A stretch of DNA of 64,000 bases from Capsulimonadales bacterium (GCA_033762295.1 JANRLW010000083.1:1-64000), one strand, 5' to 3'. Shown: positions 46,507-56,262, counted from the stretch's first letter. Numbers and translations are program-made. The notes: generated by a model not told the origin, from the letters alone.

Positions 46507-48645
46507 TTGAGACACTTAGTGCTTGGAAGCCTGGGAAGGCGTGTTAGCTGGACGCTGGTCGCGCTCTGGCTGCTGCCTCTCTTTCTCCTGGCGATGCCGC
46601 CCCGACAGGCATACGCACAGTTGAACCGTATCCCGACGGTTGCTGTTCTGGACTTCGGCGTTCTCGCCACGGCTCGCTCCGGCGCTATTCTGGGGCGAAA
46701 TGCAACGGACGCCGTCGTGGTCGAAATGAGCCGGACCGGAAAATACGATCCGTTCTCCCGGACGCAGATCAATCAGCAACTGCAGGAACTCGGCCTGACC
46801 CAACCGCTGAACAACAACAGCCTCCAGAAACTGGGGCAGGCGCTGGGTGTCGAATATATCGTGACGGGCGACGTCACCGGCGTTTCCTTCACGTCCAACC
46901 CGCGACGGGCCAAGGTAACCCTTTCGGTCCGCCTGACCGACGTCGTCTCCGGCGACCTTGCGAACGGCGCGATCCAGACCGGTTTCTCCCCGGCGCCTCC
47001 GGCGGGAATGCAACCGGATGATGAGACGCTGATCAATCAGGCGCTCTCCGATGCGGCGTTTAATGCGATCAAAACGATCAATAACTACACCCTCCCTGAG
47101 GCGACCATTCTTCAGACCCGCGATACCACCGAAGTGACCCTGAACCGGGGTGGACGCGACGGTATCACCCCCGGTCTGGAGATGACCATCATTCGCGGAC
47201 GGGATCGTATCGGACGCGTTCAGGTGACCAGCGTCGGTTCCACCGACTCGATCGCCCGTGTTCTCGACTACGGTAAGGGCATCCGACCGGAGGACCGCGC
47301 CCGGGCCGTCTTCAAACTGCCGGGCTACAGCGTCGCAACCGACGGTCTCATCACCTCCACCGTTCCCGACACGACCTCGTACAAGCCCCAGGGACGACGC
47401 GCCAAGCCGATCCTGACGACGATTCTGGCGATCGGCGCGGCCATCTTCCTCGCCCACCTGCTGTTCGATACCAAGTCCCGAACCAATGAGGCGACCGGTA
47501 TCGGAAAGATCGTCGCCCGGGCGTATGCCGAAGGGTCCGCTCCGGCCGCCGGCGATCCGGCCACCGCACGCGTCCTGGTCACATGGGAGCAGGCGTCCGA
47601 TATCCCCTCGCGTAACGTCATCGAATACCATGTCTGGCGCAACAACCAGATCATCGGTGTCTCGACGAACGCCAACCGGACGTTTATCGACGTGCCGACC
47701 CCGAACTTCACTCAGTTGACCTACACCACCGTCTCTTTCGGGAATCAGCCTCCCGGAAACGGTCCGGGTAACGGTGGGAACACCGCCGGAACGACCACCG
47801 GTGGAAATACGGGTGCGACGACCGGCGGAACCACGACCGGTGGTGGTGTCGGTGGTGGTGTCGGTGGTGGTGTCGGTGGTGGTGTCGGTGGTGGTGTCGG
47901 TGGCGGAGCGAACGCCGGTAACGGCAACTCCTTCCCGATCGGGTTCCTGTCGACCCAGACGGCGAACGTCACCGGCCTCCCCGTCGGTGTTACCAGTACC
48001 TACCAGATTAATATCGTCTACCAGAAAGTCGTTGCTCCGACCGTCACGACCGGCGGTGGAGGTGTCGGCGGCGGTGTTGGTGGCGGCATCGGCGGCGGTG
48101 GTGTCGGTGGCGGCATCGGCGGCGGCGGTGTCGGTGGCGGTGTCGGTGGCGGTGTCGGTGGTGGCGTCGGCGGCGGTGTTGGTGGTGGCGTCGGTGGTGG
48201 TGTTGCCGGCGGCGGAACCCTCCAGTACCAGGAAACCGCCGTTCGTGCGAGCAGCGGACCGGTCACTCCGATCGCCCGTCCGGCAATCAGCGGTCCGACG
48301 ACCGACCAGGACATCCGACGCGTCGTGGTCCAGTTCGGAACCGTTCAGGGTGCGGACCAGTACGTGTTCGAGTTCGCCAGCGATCCGAGCTTCCGTAACA
48401 AGACGGTTCGCGGCCCGTTCTTCTTCCCTGTCGCCAGCGGAACGACGAACACCGATCCGCTCGACATCTCCGGAGCATTCGCCTCGCTGAACAGTAACTC
48501 GCCGATCTACTTCCGGGTGGGCGCGAGATCGTCCAACGACCAGCCGGGACCGCTCGGAACCGGTACGCCGAACGGTGGGGATTACATCTATTCCGCCACA
48601 CCGTTCTCGTTCAAGAAGACCCTGACCCCGCCGAACCAACCCTAG
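46507..48645 (+). CDS. Secreted CsgG/FlgT-fold protein with FlgT-C-like domain, hydrophobic segment and Gly-rich beta-sandwich tail
   Basis: RBS GGAGG + TTG; signal peptide; TVAVLDF...R.QI...L.E...KLGQALGVEYIVTGDV...VRLTDV.SG; VTLNRGGRDGI.PG...IGRVQV; (GGGV)n tracts. Confidence 0.75.
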   Translation: MRHLVLGSLGRRVSWTLVALWLLPLFLLAMPPRQAYAQLNRIPTVAVLDFGVLATARSGAILGRNATDAVVVEMSRTGKYDPFSRTQINQQLQELGLTQPLNNNSLQKLGQALGVEYIVTGDVTGVSFTSNPRRAKVTLSVRLTDVVSGDLANGAIQTGFSPAPPAGMQPDDETLINQALSDAAFNAIKTINNYTLPEATILQTRDTTEVTLNRGGRDGITPGLEMTIIRGRDRIGRVQVTSVGSTDSIARVLDYGKGIRPEDRARAVFKLPGYSVATDGLITSTVPDTTSYKPQGRRAKPILTTILAIGAAIFLAHLLFDTKSRTNEATGIGKIVARAYAEGSAPAAGDPATARVLVTWEQASDIPSRNVIEYHVWRNNQIIGVSTNANRTFIDVPTPNFTQLTYTTVSFGNQPPGNGPGNGGNTAGTTTGGNTGATTGGTTTGGGVGGGVGGGVGGGVGGGVGGGANAGNGNSFPIGFLSTQTANVTGLPVGVTSTYQINIVYQKVVAPTVTTGGGGVGGGVGGGIGGGGVGGGIGGGGVGGGVGGGVGGGVGGGVGGGVGGGVAGGGTLQYQETAVRASSGPVTPIARPAISGPTTDQDIRRVVVQFGTVQGADQYVFEFASDPSFRNKTVRGPFFFPVASGTTNTDPLDISGAFASLNSNSPIYFRVGARSSNDQPGPLGTGTPNGGDYIYSATPFSFKKTLTPPNQP
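47839..47898 (+). repeat. Five perfect 12-bp repeats GGTGGTGGTGTC encoding (GGGV)5
   Basis: Read directly from the sequence. Confidence 0.95.
48052..48216 (+). repeat. Degenerate (GGGV/GGGI)n coding repeat
   Basis: Read directly from the sequence; synonymous variation between units. Confidence 0.9.
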
Positions 48646-48664
48646 TCGGATCGGCTCCGCAGGA

Positions 48665-48696
48665 GGGAAAGGGACGCCGGTTGGCGTCCCTTTCCC
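48665..48696 (+). terminator. Stem-loop
   Basis: 14-bp stem GGGAAAGGGACGCC / GGCGTCCCTTTCCC. Confidence 0.6.
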
Positions 48697-48866
48697 GGAG
48701 AAGGCGAAATAACGCCTTCGGTCTTTCGGATACGTTTTCGTGTGCCATACAGGAGGACCGAAACGCCTGGTGGCAAACGCCATTGTCGACAAACTGAAAC
48801 CCTGGCCCGGTGAAGGCGGGTTGATCAATAGCAGGCACACGACAGAAAGCCTACTGGTAACATTAC

Positions 48867-51800
48867 ATGAGAAAGAACCTACGTCGTATCAGAGCCAATT
48901 CCTCTGCTACACGGATGCTGGCAGGACTGGCTGTTACGTTATGCCTTGCCTCGCTGGCCTTCGCTGGCGACCCGCCCGTTCCCAAAATCCAGGCGGGCGA
49001 AATCATCGTCAAGGTCGCTCCGGGCACGACGATCGACGCCGCCCGGCAACTGGCCGCCGACTCGGGATGTGAACTCCTGCGCTCCATTCCGTACGCCCCG
49101 AACTACTACGTGTTCCGGGCGGTCAAGTATGGGAACCTTACCGAGAAGCTGGTCGCCGAGGTCGATGACGATACTCGGACCGCGATCGGGAAACTGAAAT
49201 CCGTTCCCGGAGTCCTTGCGGCCGATCCCAACTATATTATCAACAAAGCGTTCGTCGAGAAGCCGGTTGTCCCGCTGCGCCCACAGACGGGCAACGCCAC
49301 GACCGCGGCGTCCCGGGCGACCGCGCCGCCCGACCCCTGGCGGTTCACCCCCAATGACGCTCTGTACGGGCGGCAGTACGGTCTGCCGATGATCCGAATG
49401 CCGGAGGCCTGGAGTATCCAGTCCTCCGCGCGACGGGTGATTGTCGGGGTCGCCGATTCCGGTATCGATGTCGGACATCCCGACTTCGCCACGGCGGACG
49501 GAACCGGGACACGTATCGTCGGAGGCCGGAACTTCTTCCCGGACGGCACGGGCGGAGCCGTCGATCCGAACGATATTCAGGATCGCGGTGGCCACGGAAC
49601 CCACGTTTCCGGTACGGTCGGAGCCACGACCAATAACGCGATCGGGGTCGCCAGTGTCGCCGGGTACAACGGCGGCGGGGTCGATGTGCAGTTCCGGGTC
49701 GCCCGCGTCTTCGGTCAGGCGGTCGGCGCGACCACCGATGTCGTGGTCAGCGGCGTCGGCTACCTCGTTGACCAGAACGTCGATGTCATCAACCTCAGTC
49801 TCGGCGGGTATGGCGACGTAACGGCCATGCGCGACGTGATCGCTCGGGGTATCGCCCAGGGAATCACCATCGTCGCCTCCCTGGGGAACGACGGATTCGA
49901 TACCGCACAACTTCCTTCGTTTCCCGCCTCCTATCCGGGAGTGATCGCCGTCTCCGCGGTCAGCATTGACCGTCGTCTGGCCTCTTACTCCAACTTCGGC
50001 GGAGTGGTTGCGATCGGCGCCCCCGGCGGCGACACCGCCAACCCCAACATCAATCTCTTCGATCAGCAGATCTGGTCGACCTGGCCCCGAACCGAACCCA
50101 ATTTCGGCGGCGTGGCCGGGTACGAAGCCATCAGCGGAACGTCGATGGCCGCACCGCACGTTACCGGTGCCGTCGCTCTGCTGCTGGCGGCCGGTGCGCC
50201 CCGCAATCCGGCGACCATCAAGGCCGTTCTTCAGGATAATGCCCAGCGACTTCCGGATGACGTCCCGAACAATGCGGGTGGCAACAAATACGGCGCGGGT
50301 CTTCTGGACGTCTACTCGGCGTTGCTGAACTACGCCGACCCCGCGTTCCGCATCGGATTCGTCGGGGACCTGGACCTCGGATCGTTTTATTCCTCCCAGC
50401 TTCCCGCTTTCCAGGTGCGCGCCATCGGTATCACCCGTGCCCCGGCGGCAGGAGCGGTCCGAATCGAGATTCAGAGCGCGACAATCCCGGTCAGCGTGGT
50501 ACGAACCCTGGTCGAAGGGACCGATTTCACGATCCCGCGGACGCTCGGACCTTCCCAACCGAAGGCGACCGTCGTGACGGTCACCGCCGGAGGAGCGAAC
50601 CTGAACCTGGCTCCCGGACGGTATAAGGCCGTTCTGAAAATCGGCGATGAAGTCTTCGGCAACCAGTTCTTCGAGATCATCTCTCGGACCCAGACGGCGG
50701 TGCGTTCGCTTTTCTCGTTCCCCTTCAAGGTCCGGTCCGTCATTCCGACCAATCCGGAGCAGGCGGTGTTCAACCCGGCTGTCTTTTCGCTGGCACGGTA
50801 CAACTCGCAGCGCTCCGCGACCGGTCCGGACTACCTGATCTATCGCTCGAACGGCAGTTCGAACGATCCCGGCGCCCGTTTCTCGGCGACCTTTACCGAC
50901 AACTCTCCGATCGTTTTCGAGGTGACCGACCCGACGACCTCGATTGCGCCGGTCGGTCTCGGGTACTGGCTCGATCTGGATAGGCCGGTGACCCTCAATA
51001 CGGTCGGTCCCGTGGCCGCCAATGCGGTCGGAATCCGTCTGACCTCCGCCGCCGGTGGCTGGAACCTGATCGGTGCGCCGTTCACCAAGCCGTCCGCCTG
51101 GGGGACCGTGTCGGTTCTCTACAACAACACGACCTACAGCCTGAACGACGCGATCATTCAGGGGGTCATCTCCAGCGCACTGGTCGGCTATGTCAACGGC
51201 GACTATGTGTATAACATTGCGCCGAACGGGAATCTGGAGCCGTTCCAGGGATACTGGGTGCATGTCCTCCGGGACTGTACGTTGATCATCGCGCCGACCA
51301 ACGTCGGACGGTCCGTTACCGGACTGGTGCCGACCCGCCAGGCGATCACGCAGGACAAGAGCGGATGGCGCGCCCGCTTTATGGCGACCGTGGCCGGTGA
51401 CCGGGATGGTCAGAACTACTTCGGCCAGGCCTCCTCGGCGTCCGAAGGAAACGACCTGCTCGATATTCCCAAGCCGCCGACGGGCTCAGGACATGCGTAT
51501 GTCCGGTTCCTGACGCCGGTTGGAGAAGGGCGCTCGGTTCCGAATGCGTTCGATATCCGCCCGCTCGACACCGGGTCGAAGACCGAGTGGACGGCGGCGG
51601 TCAGCACCGACCGGATCAACGCCGATGTCACCGTGACCTGGGACGGACTGGGGAACGTGCCGCGCCGCAATATTCTGACTCTGACCGATACGGCGACGGG
51701 ACGCAAGATCGATATGCGGAACCGGTCGTCCTATACGTTCAAGTCGGGCGAGGCGGGGACCACCCGGAAATTCACGATCACTCTGTCGTCCGCGCGAAGC

Positions 51801-52115
51801 GCCGGTCTCCTCGCGATCAATAATGTCGCGGTCTCCGGCGGACGAAGCACGGCGCAGGCCGGAATCGCCGTTCGTTTCAGTGTCACTGCCGAAGCGGAAA
51901 TCACGGGAACGATCAAATCGCTTACCGGGGTGAAGGTCGGTTCTCTGACCGGGGTCAGTCGTGCAGTGACAGGGGGGACTAACACTCTGCGCTGGGACGG
52001 CCGATCTCAAAGCGGAGCCGTACTGCCGCCCGGACCTTACCTGCTTGAAATCACCGCCCGTTCGGCAGACGGACAGACCGCGACCTTCAAGCAGCCGGTC
52101 CAGATGATGCACTGA
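48867..52115 (+). CDS. Secreted S8 subtilisin-like peptidase with shared C-terminal module / FlgD-Ig-like domain
   Basis: Signal peptide, propeptide, VADSG, HGTHVSG, GTSMAAPHV; C-terminal WDGRSQSGAVLPPGPYLLEITA. Confidence 0.93.
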   Translation: MRKNLRRIRANSSATRMLAGLAVTLCLASLAFAGDPPVPKIQAGEIIVKVAPGTTIDAARQLAADSGCELLRSIPYAPNYYVFRAVKYGNLTEKLVAEVDDDTRTAIGKLKSVPGVLAADPNYIINKAFVEKPVVPLRPQTGNATTAASRATAPPDPWRFTPNDALYGRQYGLPMIRMPEAWSIQSSARRVIVGVADSGIDVGHPDFATADGTGTRIVGGRNFFPDGTGGAVDPNDIQDRGGHGTHVSGTVGATTNNAIGVASVAGYNGGGVDVQFRVARVFGQAVGATTDVVVSGVGYLVDQNVDVINLSLGGYGDVTAMRDVIARGIAQGITIVASLGNDGFDTAQLPSFPASYPGVIAVSAVSIDRRLASYSNFGGVVAIGAPGGDTANPNINLFDQQIWSTWPRTEPNFGGVAGYEAISGTSMAAPHVTGAVALLLAAGAPRNPATIKAVLQDNAQRLPDDVPNNAGGNKYGAGLLDVYSALLNYADPAFRIGFVGDLDLGSFYSSQLPAFQVRAIGITRAPAAGAVRIEIQSATIPVSVVRTLVEGTDFTIPRTLGPSQPKATVVTVTAGGANLNLAPGRYKAVLKIGDEVFGNQFFEIISRTQTAVRSLFSFPFKVRSVIPTNPEQAVFNPAVFSLARYNSQRSATGPDYLIYRSNGSSNDPGARFSATFTDNSPIVFEVTDPTTSIAPVGLGYWLDLDRPVTLNTVGPVAANAVGIRLTSAAGGWNLIGAPFTKPSAWGTVSVLYNNTTYSLNDAIIQGVISSALVGYVNGDYVYNIAPNGNLEPFQGYWVHVLRDCTLIIAPTNVGRSVTGLVPTRQAITQDKSGWRARFMATVAGDRDGQNYFGQASSASEGNDLLDIPKPPTGSGHAYVRFLTPVGEGRSVPNAFDIRPLDTGSKTEWTAAVSTDRINADVTVTWDGLGNVPRRNILTLTDTATGRKIDMRNRSSYTFKSGEAGTTRKFTITLSSARSAGLLAINNVAVSGGRSTAQAGIAVRFSVTAEAEITGTIKSLTGVKVGSLTGVSRAVTGGTNTLRWDGRSQSGAVLPPGPYLLEITARSADGQTATFKQPVQMMH

Positions 52116-52215
52116 GGACGAGTCGCCTTCGCCCGGTCCTTCGCCTGACCTGTCCTGCCGGACGGGGAATGCGCCGATCGGGCGATCCGAATCAACAACA
52201 GGAGATGCTTTCTCA

Positions 52216-55200
52216 ATGGCGATTTTCGCTGCAACCATAAAAGGCCGTTCGGAGAACCGACGCGTCCGGCGCGCCGGGCAAGCAACCGGTCGGGGTCGCG
52301 CCCTCATTGGCGCCCTTGCCGTAGTGCCTGCCCTCGCCCTTGCCGGTCCGGCAACGGCCCAGACCGTCGGCAACCAGGGAGCGGTCAGCGGTTCCCGGGT
52401 GCTCTTTGAGTTTTTCGGATATGGTGGCCTGGTCCAACCGAACAACACCGATGCTACCAACCCGACGCTGGTTCCGATCCAGGATGCCGTTTTCGGGTTT
52501 ATCAAGAACCCGTACCTGGGCGTCGTCGTCGGCATCGGCGGCACCTACGGAGTCAGCTGGCCCGCCGGAACCAGTTCGGTTACCGCCACCCACAACGTTG
52601 CCGGGATGCTCACGTTCGGAAACGTGGACGGTAGTTCCCGGTTCTCGACCGATAACCTTCAGGCGCTGAACGGGTTCAACTATTTCGCCGGGGCCTACGA
52701 AATCTATGACACCGCCTCCGGTCGGCCGTTCGGCTATGGCGTCTGGCCGCTACCCGGTTGGTGGGAAATCACGAGCGGCGGTTTCATTACCTACGAATAT
52801 TCGGCCTATACCCGGATTCAACTGGACGATACCGTCACCAATGTGATGGGGTCCAACGGGGTCATCACCGAGCCGCAGATGATCAACAGCGTCCTCAGGA
52901 CGCCCTATGATGTCGGAAGCAACGTCCAGGTCGAACAGCAGATTCGCCTCTACCGGGCGACGGCCCAGTTGCGCTGGCGGATTACCAACAACGATACCGC
53001 GCCGCATACGGTCCGTCTGCGATTCACCGTGAACGTCCGCCCCGGCGTCCTGGCCGGTTCGACCGACACATCCAGAACCGGGTACTACTTCCTCGATGGG
53101 AACGGGCTGGTCTCCGATAACGCCCGTATCCTGACCGCCGCCGGTATTCCGGACCAGTTGACCGTCTACGGGAAGCGGTACGAGGTCGACAGCACGATCG
53201 ACCCGCCGTTCGCCGCCCGCCATACGCTGCGTGGGTTCGGCGCGACGATTCCGGAACGGGTGGTTCTGGCGCATCCCTTCGAACTGCGTCCGAATGTCGG
53301 CGGATTCTATCTGAACAGCTTCAACCGACCCAAACTTTCGGACGGCGTGGCGACGGCGGTCTACTTCGGGCCGTACACGCTGGCCCCCGGAGCGACCCAG
53401 GAAGTCGTCACCTACTACGGCAACGGATCGCCGACCGAAATTCCCAACAACGACTTCGTCATCTCCGCCGATGGGCCGGAAGCTCTGGCTTACAATGCGA
53501 ACGCCGTAAACGATCCGACGATCGCCGGGAACGTCGCCAAAGATCCGAACCAGGCGATTCCGAAATTCCTGTCGCCGAGTCCGTTCACCCTCTACGGGTC
53601 CATCTACAACTGGACCCCGCGCGACCCGCTGAACGCCGTCGGCATCACGAACGTCCGCGCCTCGCTGACACTGCCGACCGGCCTGGTGCTGGTGAGCGGA
53701 GAGACCGCCGAAAAGCTTGTGAACGGGAACGGAAATCTGGCCGCCGACACCGGAGCGGATATCGGCTGGGCGGTTGTTCCGACCGGAGACGCGTTCGGAA
53801 CTCTGGCCTATCAGATCAACATGGCCACGAACGAATTTGGCTCCCGCCAGATTACCCGTTCGATCAACGTTCCGGCCACACCGTTCCGACGTGTTACCGA
53901 GAACACCTTCCAGATGATCGGCTTCCCGTTCGAGTTCGACACCACCACGTCGAATAACGCCGATCCATCGACGGTTGTCAACGGTCTGACCAGCCCGGCC
54001 GATGATCCGGTCGTGTTCTATCAGTATGTCCCCGACCCGCAGAACGCGAACGGCCTGGGACGATACGTCGTCGCCAATCGGCTCCAAACCGGCATCGGCT
54101 ACTTCTACAAGCCGAACCTGACGCGAACGATCTACGCCAGGGGCGTCAAGCCGCTCGCCGGGCAGGCGAACACCGGGGTTACGGATTTCAGCAACGCCAA
54201 CCAGCGACAGCTAAACCTGGCCCGCGGATGGAATATCATCTCGAACCCGTATCTCTACGATATTCCGCTTCGCTCGCTGCGGTTTGTTACCAACATCAAC
54301 AGCAACCCGGTTTCCCAGAACTTCACTGAGGCCGTTCGCAACGGCGTGATTCGGGGCGGCGTTTTCTACCTCTCCACCGTGACCGGCAGCTACGATTTCT
54401 TCGAAGACACGGCGTTGCCGCTGAAGCCCTGGGAAGGTTACTGGATCTTCACGACCCAACCGATTACCCTGATCTACTCCCTGCCGACCCAGCGTCAGTC
54501 CGCGATTCTGCCCGCTCCCGGTGCGGACCCGAACCCGCCGACCCGCGGGGTCATCGCCTCCGGGCGAGCGATGGTCGCCCGGCCGACCGATGAGAACTGG
54601 CGGCTCCAGATTGTCGCCCGGAAGGGGAACGAACAAAACGACCGCGCGACCATCCTGGGGGTCAATACGGACCGAAGCGTCACCGACGCGGAGCGAACCG
54701 TCCCGAAACCGCCCGCCGGTGTCTCCGATTATGTGTACGTCGGCGTGGTTCGCCCGGAGACGTCCACCACCCGATTTGCCAAGGACATCCGGGCGACGGG
54801 TCGGACCAACGAATGGGAACTGGAAGTGTCCGCCGACCAGGATGGCCCGGTGACGCTGACCTGGCCAAACATCGGCACCCTGCCCCGCCGCCTGACGCTG
54901 TCGCTGAAGGATAAGGAGACCGGACGCGCCTACGCGATGCGCTCCTCCTCGTCCGTCACGATCAACGTCCGCAAAGGACAGCCGACCCGCGTCGTGGTGA
55001 CCGCGAAACAGGCCTCGGCCCAACCGCTCACGATCACCAATGTGCAGATTGTCGGAGGCCGTGGTCAGGCGGGTGGAAGCCGTTCCTTCGCGTTCAGCCT
55101 GAGCCGCGCCGCGACGGTCACCGGGAAGGTCAAAACCATCACCGGGAAAACCGTGGCGACCCTGGCGGTAAGCCGGGCGGCGAGTTCGGGAACCAACCGA

Positions 55201-55329
55201 CTGCAATGGAACGGACGAGCGGAGAACGGATCGATGATTCCGCCGGGGCCGTACAAGATCGAAATCGTCGCTCAGGACGATTCCGGCGAGACGGCTTCGC
55301 GCACCCAGCCCTTCATGACTATTGAATAG
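52216..55329 (+). CDS. Secreted beta-rich protein with shared C-terminal module / FlgD-Ig-like domain
   Basis: RBS AGGAG; signal peptide ATA-Q; GWNIISNPY, LKPWEGYWI, WRLQI, WNGRAENGSMIPPGPYKIEIVA. Confidence 0.85.
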   Translation: MAIFAATIKGRSENRRVRRAGQATGRGRALIGALAVVPALALAGPATAQTVGNQGAVSGSRVLFEFFGYGGLVQPNNTDATNPTLVPIQDAVFGFIKNPYLGVVVGIGGTYGVSWPAGTSSVTATHNVAGMLTFGNVDGSSRFSTDNLQALNGFNYFAGAYEIYDTASGRPFGYGVWPLPGWWEITSGGFITYEYSAYTRIQLDDTVTNVMGSNGVITEPQMINSVLRTPYDVGSNVQVEQQIRLYRATAQLRWRITNNDTAPHTVRLRFTVNVRPGVLAGSTDTSRTGYYFLDGNGLVSDNARILTAAGIPDQLTVYGKRYEVDSTIDPPFAARHTLRGFGATIPERVVLAHPFELRPNVGGFYLNSFNRPKLSDGVATAVYFGPYTLAPGATQEVVTYYGNGSPTEIPNNDFVISADGPEALAYNANAVNDPTIAGNVAKDPNQAIPKFLSPSPFTLYGSIYNWTPRDPLNAVGITNVRASLTLPTGLVLVSGETAEKLVNGNGNLAADTGADIGWAVVPTGDAFGTLAYQINMATNEFGSRQITRSINVPATPFRRVTENTFQMIGFPFEFDTTTSNNADPSTVVNGLTSPADDPVVFYQYVPDPQNANGLGRYVVANRLQTGIGYFYKPNLTRTIYARGVKPLAGQANTGVTDFSNANQRQLNLARGWNIISNPYLYDIPLRSLRFVTNINSNPVSQNFTEAVRNGVIRGGVFYLSTVTGSYDFFEDTALPLKPWEGYWIFTTQPITLIYSLPTQRQSAILPAPGADPNPPTRGVIASGRAMVARPTDENWRLQIVARKGNEQNDRATILGVNTDRSVTDAERTVPKPPAGVSDYVYVGVVRPETSTTRFAKDIRATGRTNEWELEVSADQDGPVTLTWPNIGTLPRRLTLSLKDKETGRAYAMRSSSSVTINVRKGQPTRVVVTAKQASAQPLTITNVQIVGGRGQAGGSRSFAFSLSRAATVTGKVKTITGKTVATLAVSRAASSGTNRLQWNGRAENGSMIPPGPYKIEIVAQDDSGETASRTQPFMTIE

Positions 55330-55336
55330 GAGGACA

Positions 55337-55374
55337 ACACCGGGATGGAGGCGAAAAATACTCCATCCTGGTGT
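55337..55374 (+). terminator. Stem-loop
   Basis: ACACCGGGATGGAG / CTCCATCCTGGTGT. Confidence 0.55.
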
Positions 55375-55479
55375 AGCCATTTCGGAAGGACGTCGAGCGG
55401 GTTTCAAGCCAAAACCATCGGAAAACCGATACGAAAACGAACTTGAGACCTTGCCGGGACGGAAGGACGGACATCAGGC

Positions 55480-56262
55480 ATGACGCAAACTATGAAAAAA
55501 ACCTCTCTTGGAGCGACAGGGATTCTGGCTGCCACTCTCCTGTTGACGGCGACCCTTCAAGCTCCCGCATATTCACAGCAGACAACCGCTTCGTCGCAAT
55601 CGGCGAAGTCCATGACCGCCGGAGTCAAACCGCTGCCGACCAACGTCCTGTTGTTCCCGGCGGTCATCATCGGCGCGGATAACGCCGTGGCCAAGGAAAC
55701 GCCGGCGACCAAGGTGGCGGGCGAAATCGTCACCGAAGCGGTCCGCAAATATCTCACCCTCGGCGGCGTCGGGGTTGTGGTCTACAGCAACCGCCTCCCC
55801 AGCGTTCAGCGCGCGGTCAACGAAGGCCAGGGAATCTCGCCGACCGATGCGGTGAAAGGACCCGCCGACGATGCGCGCGTCGCACAGAAGCTGGCGGAGG
55901 TGACCGGAGCGTCCGAGTACATCACCATCTCCGTGGATAACTACAATTTCGATCCGCAGACCCGCCGCGCCACGTTCAACCTGAGCCTCGAACGCAAAGC
56001 GGCAGACGGCTCCGCCATCTCCTCCGCCGCCGAAAAGGCGGTGGGCGAATCGCCGGCCGATGTCTCCGGACCCCAGCAGCAGGAATCGGCGATTGCCCGG
56101 GCGGCCGAGGAAGTCGCCGAAAAGAGCGTCATCGACGTCTTTCCGCAGTCCGCCGTGCTGATCAACCCTCCCAAGGTCGCGGAAAAGAAGAAGAAGCGAT
56201 CCAACCTTGGCTGGCTGATTCCCGTCGTCACTCTGGGCGGCATCCTCGCGGCGCCGCGCTGA
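55480..56262 (+). CDS. Secreted CsgG/FlgT-fold paralog with C-terminal basic-hydrophobic tail
   Basis: Signal peptide; QKLAEVTGASEYITISV...RRATFNLSL aligns by eye with the 46507 protein; ends KKKKRSNLGWLIPVVTLGGILAAPR. Confidence 0.7.
   Translation: MTQTMKKTSLGATGILAATLLLTATLQAPAYSQQTTASSQSAKSMTAGVKPLPTNVLLFPAVIIGADNAVAKETPATKVAGEIVTEAVRKYLTLGGVGVVVYSNRLPSVQRAVNEGQGISPTDAVKGPADDARVAQKLAEVTGASEYITISVDNYNFDPQTRRATFNLSLERKAADGSAISSAAEKAVGESPADVSGPQQQESAIARAAEEVAEKSVIDVFPQSAVLINPPKVAEKKKKRSNLGWLIPVVTLGGILAAPR

Noticed and set aside
46507..48645. Calling the cluster a canonical curli (csg) or flagellar locus
   Set aside because: No CsgA/B repeats, CsgE/F or flagellar structural genes are present, and the CsgG-like proteins lack the lipobox.
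39443..54087. Long antisense ORFs (e.g. 39443-41689, 41807-44110, 46516-48840, 48939-51263)
   Set aside because: They are shadow ORFs from GC-rich codon bias opposite well-supported genes, with no recognisable motifs.
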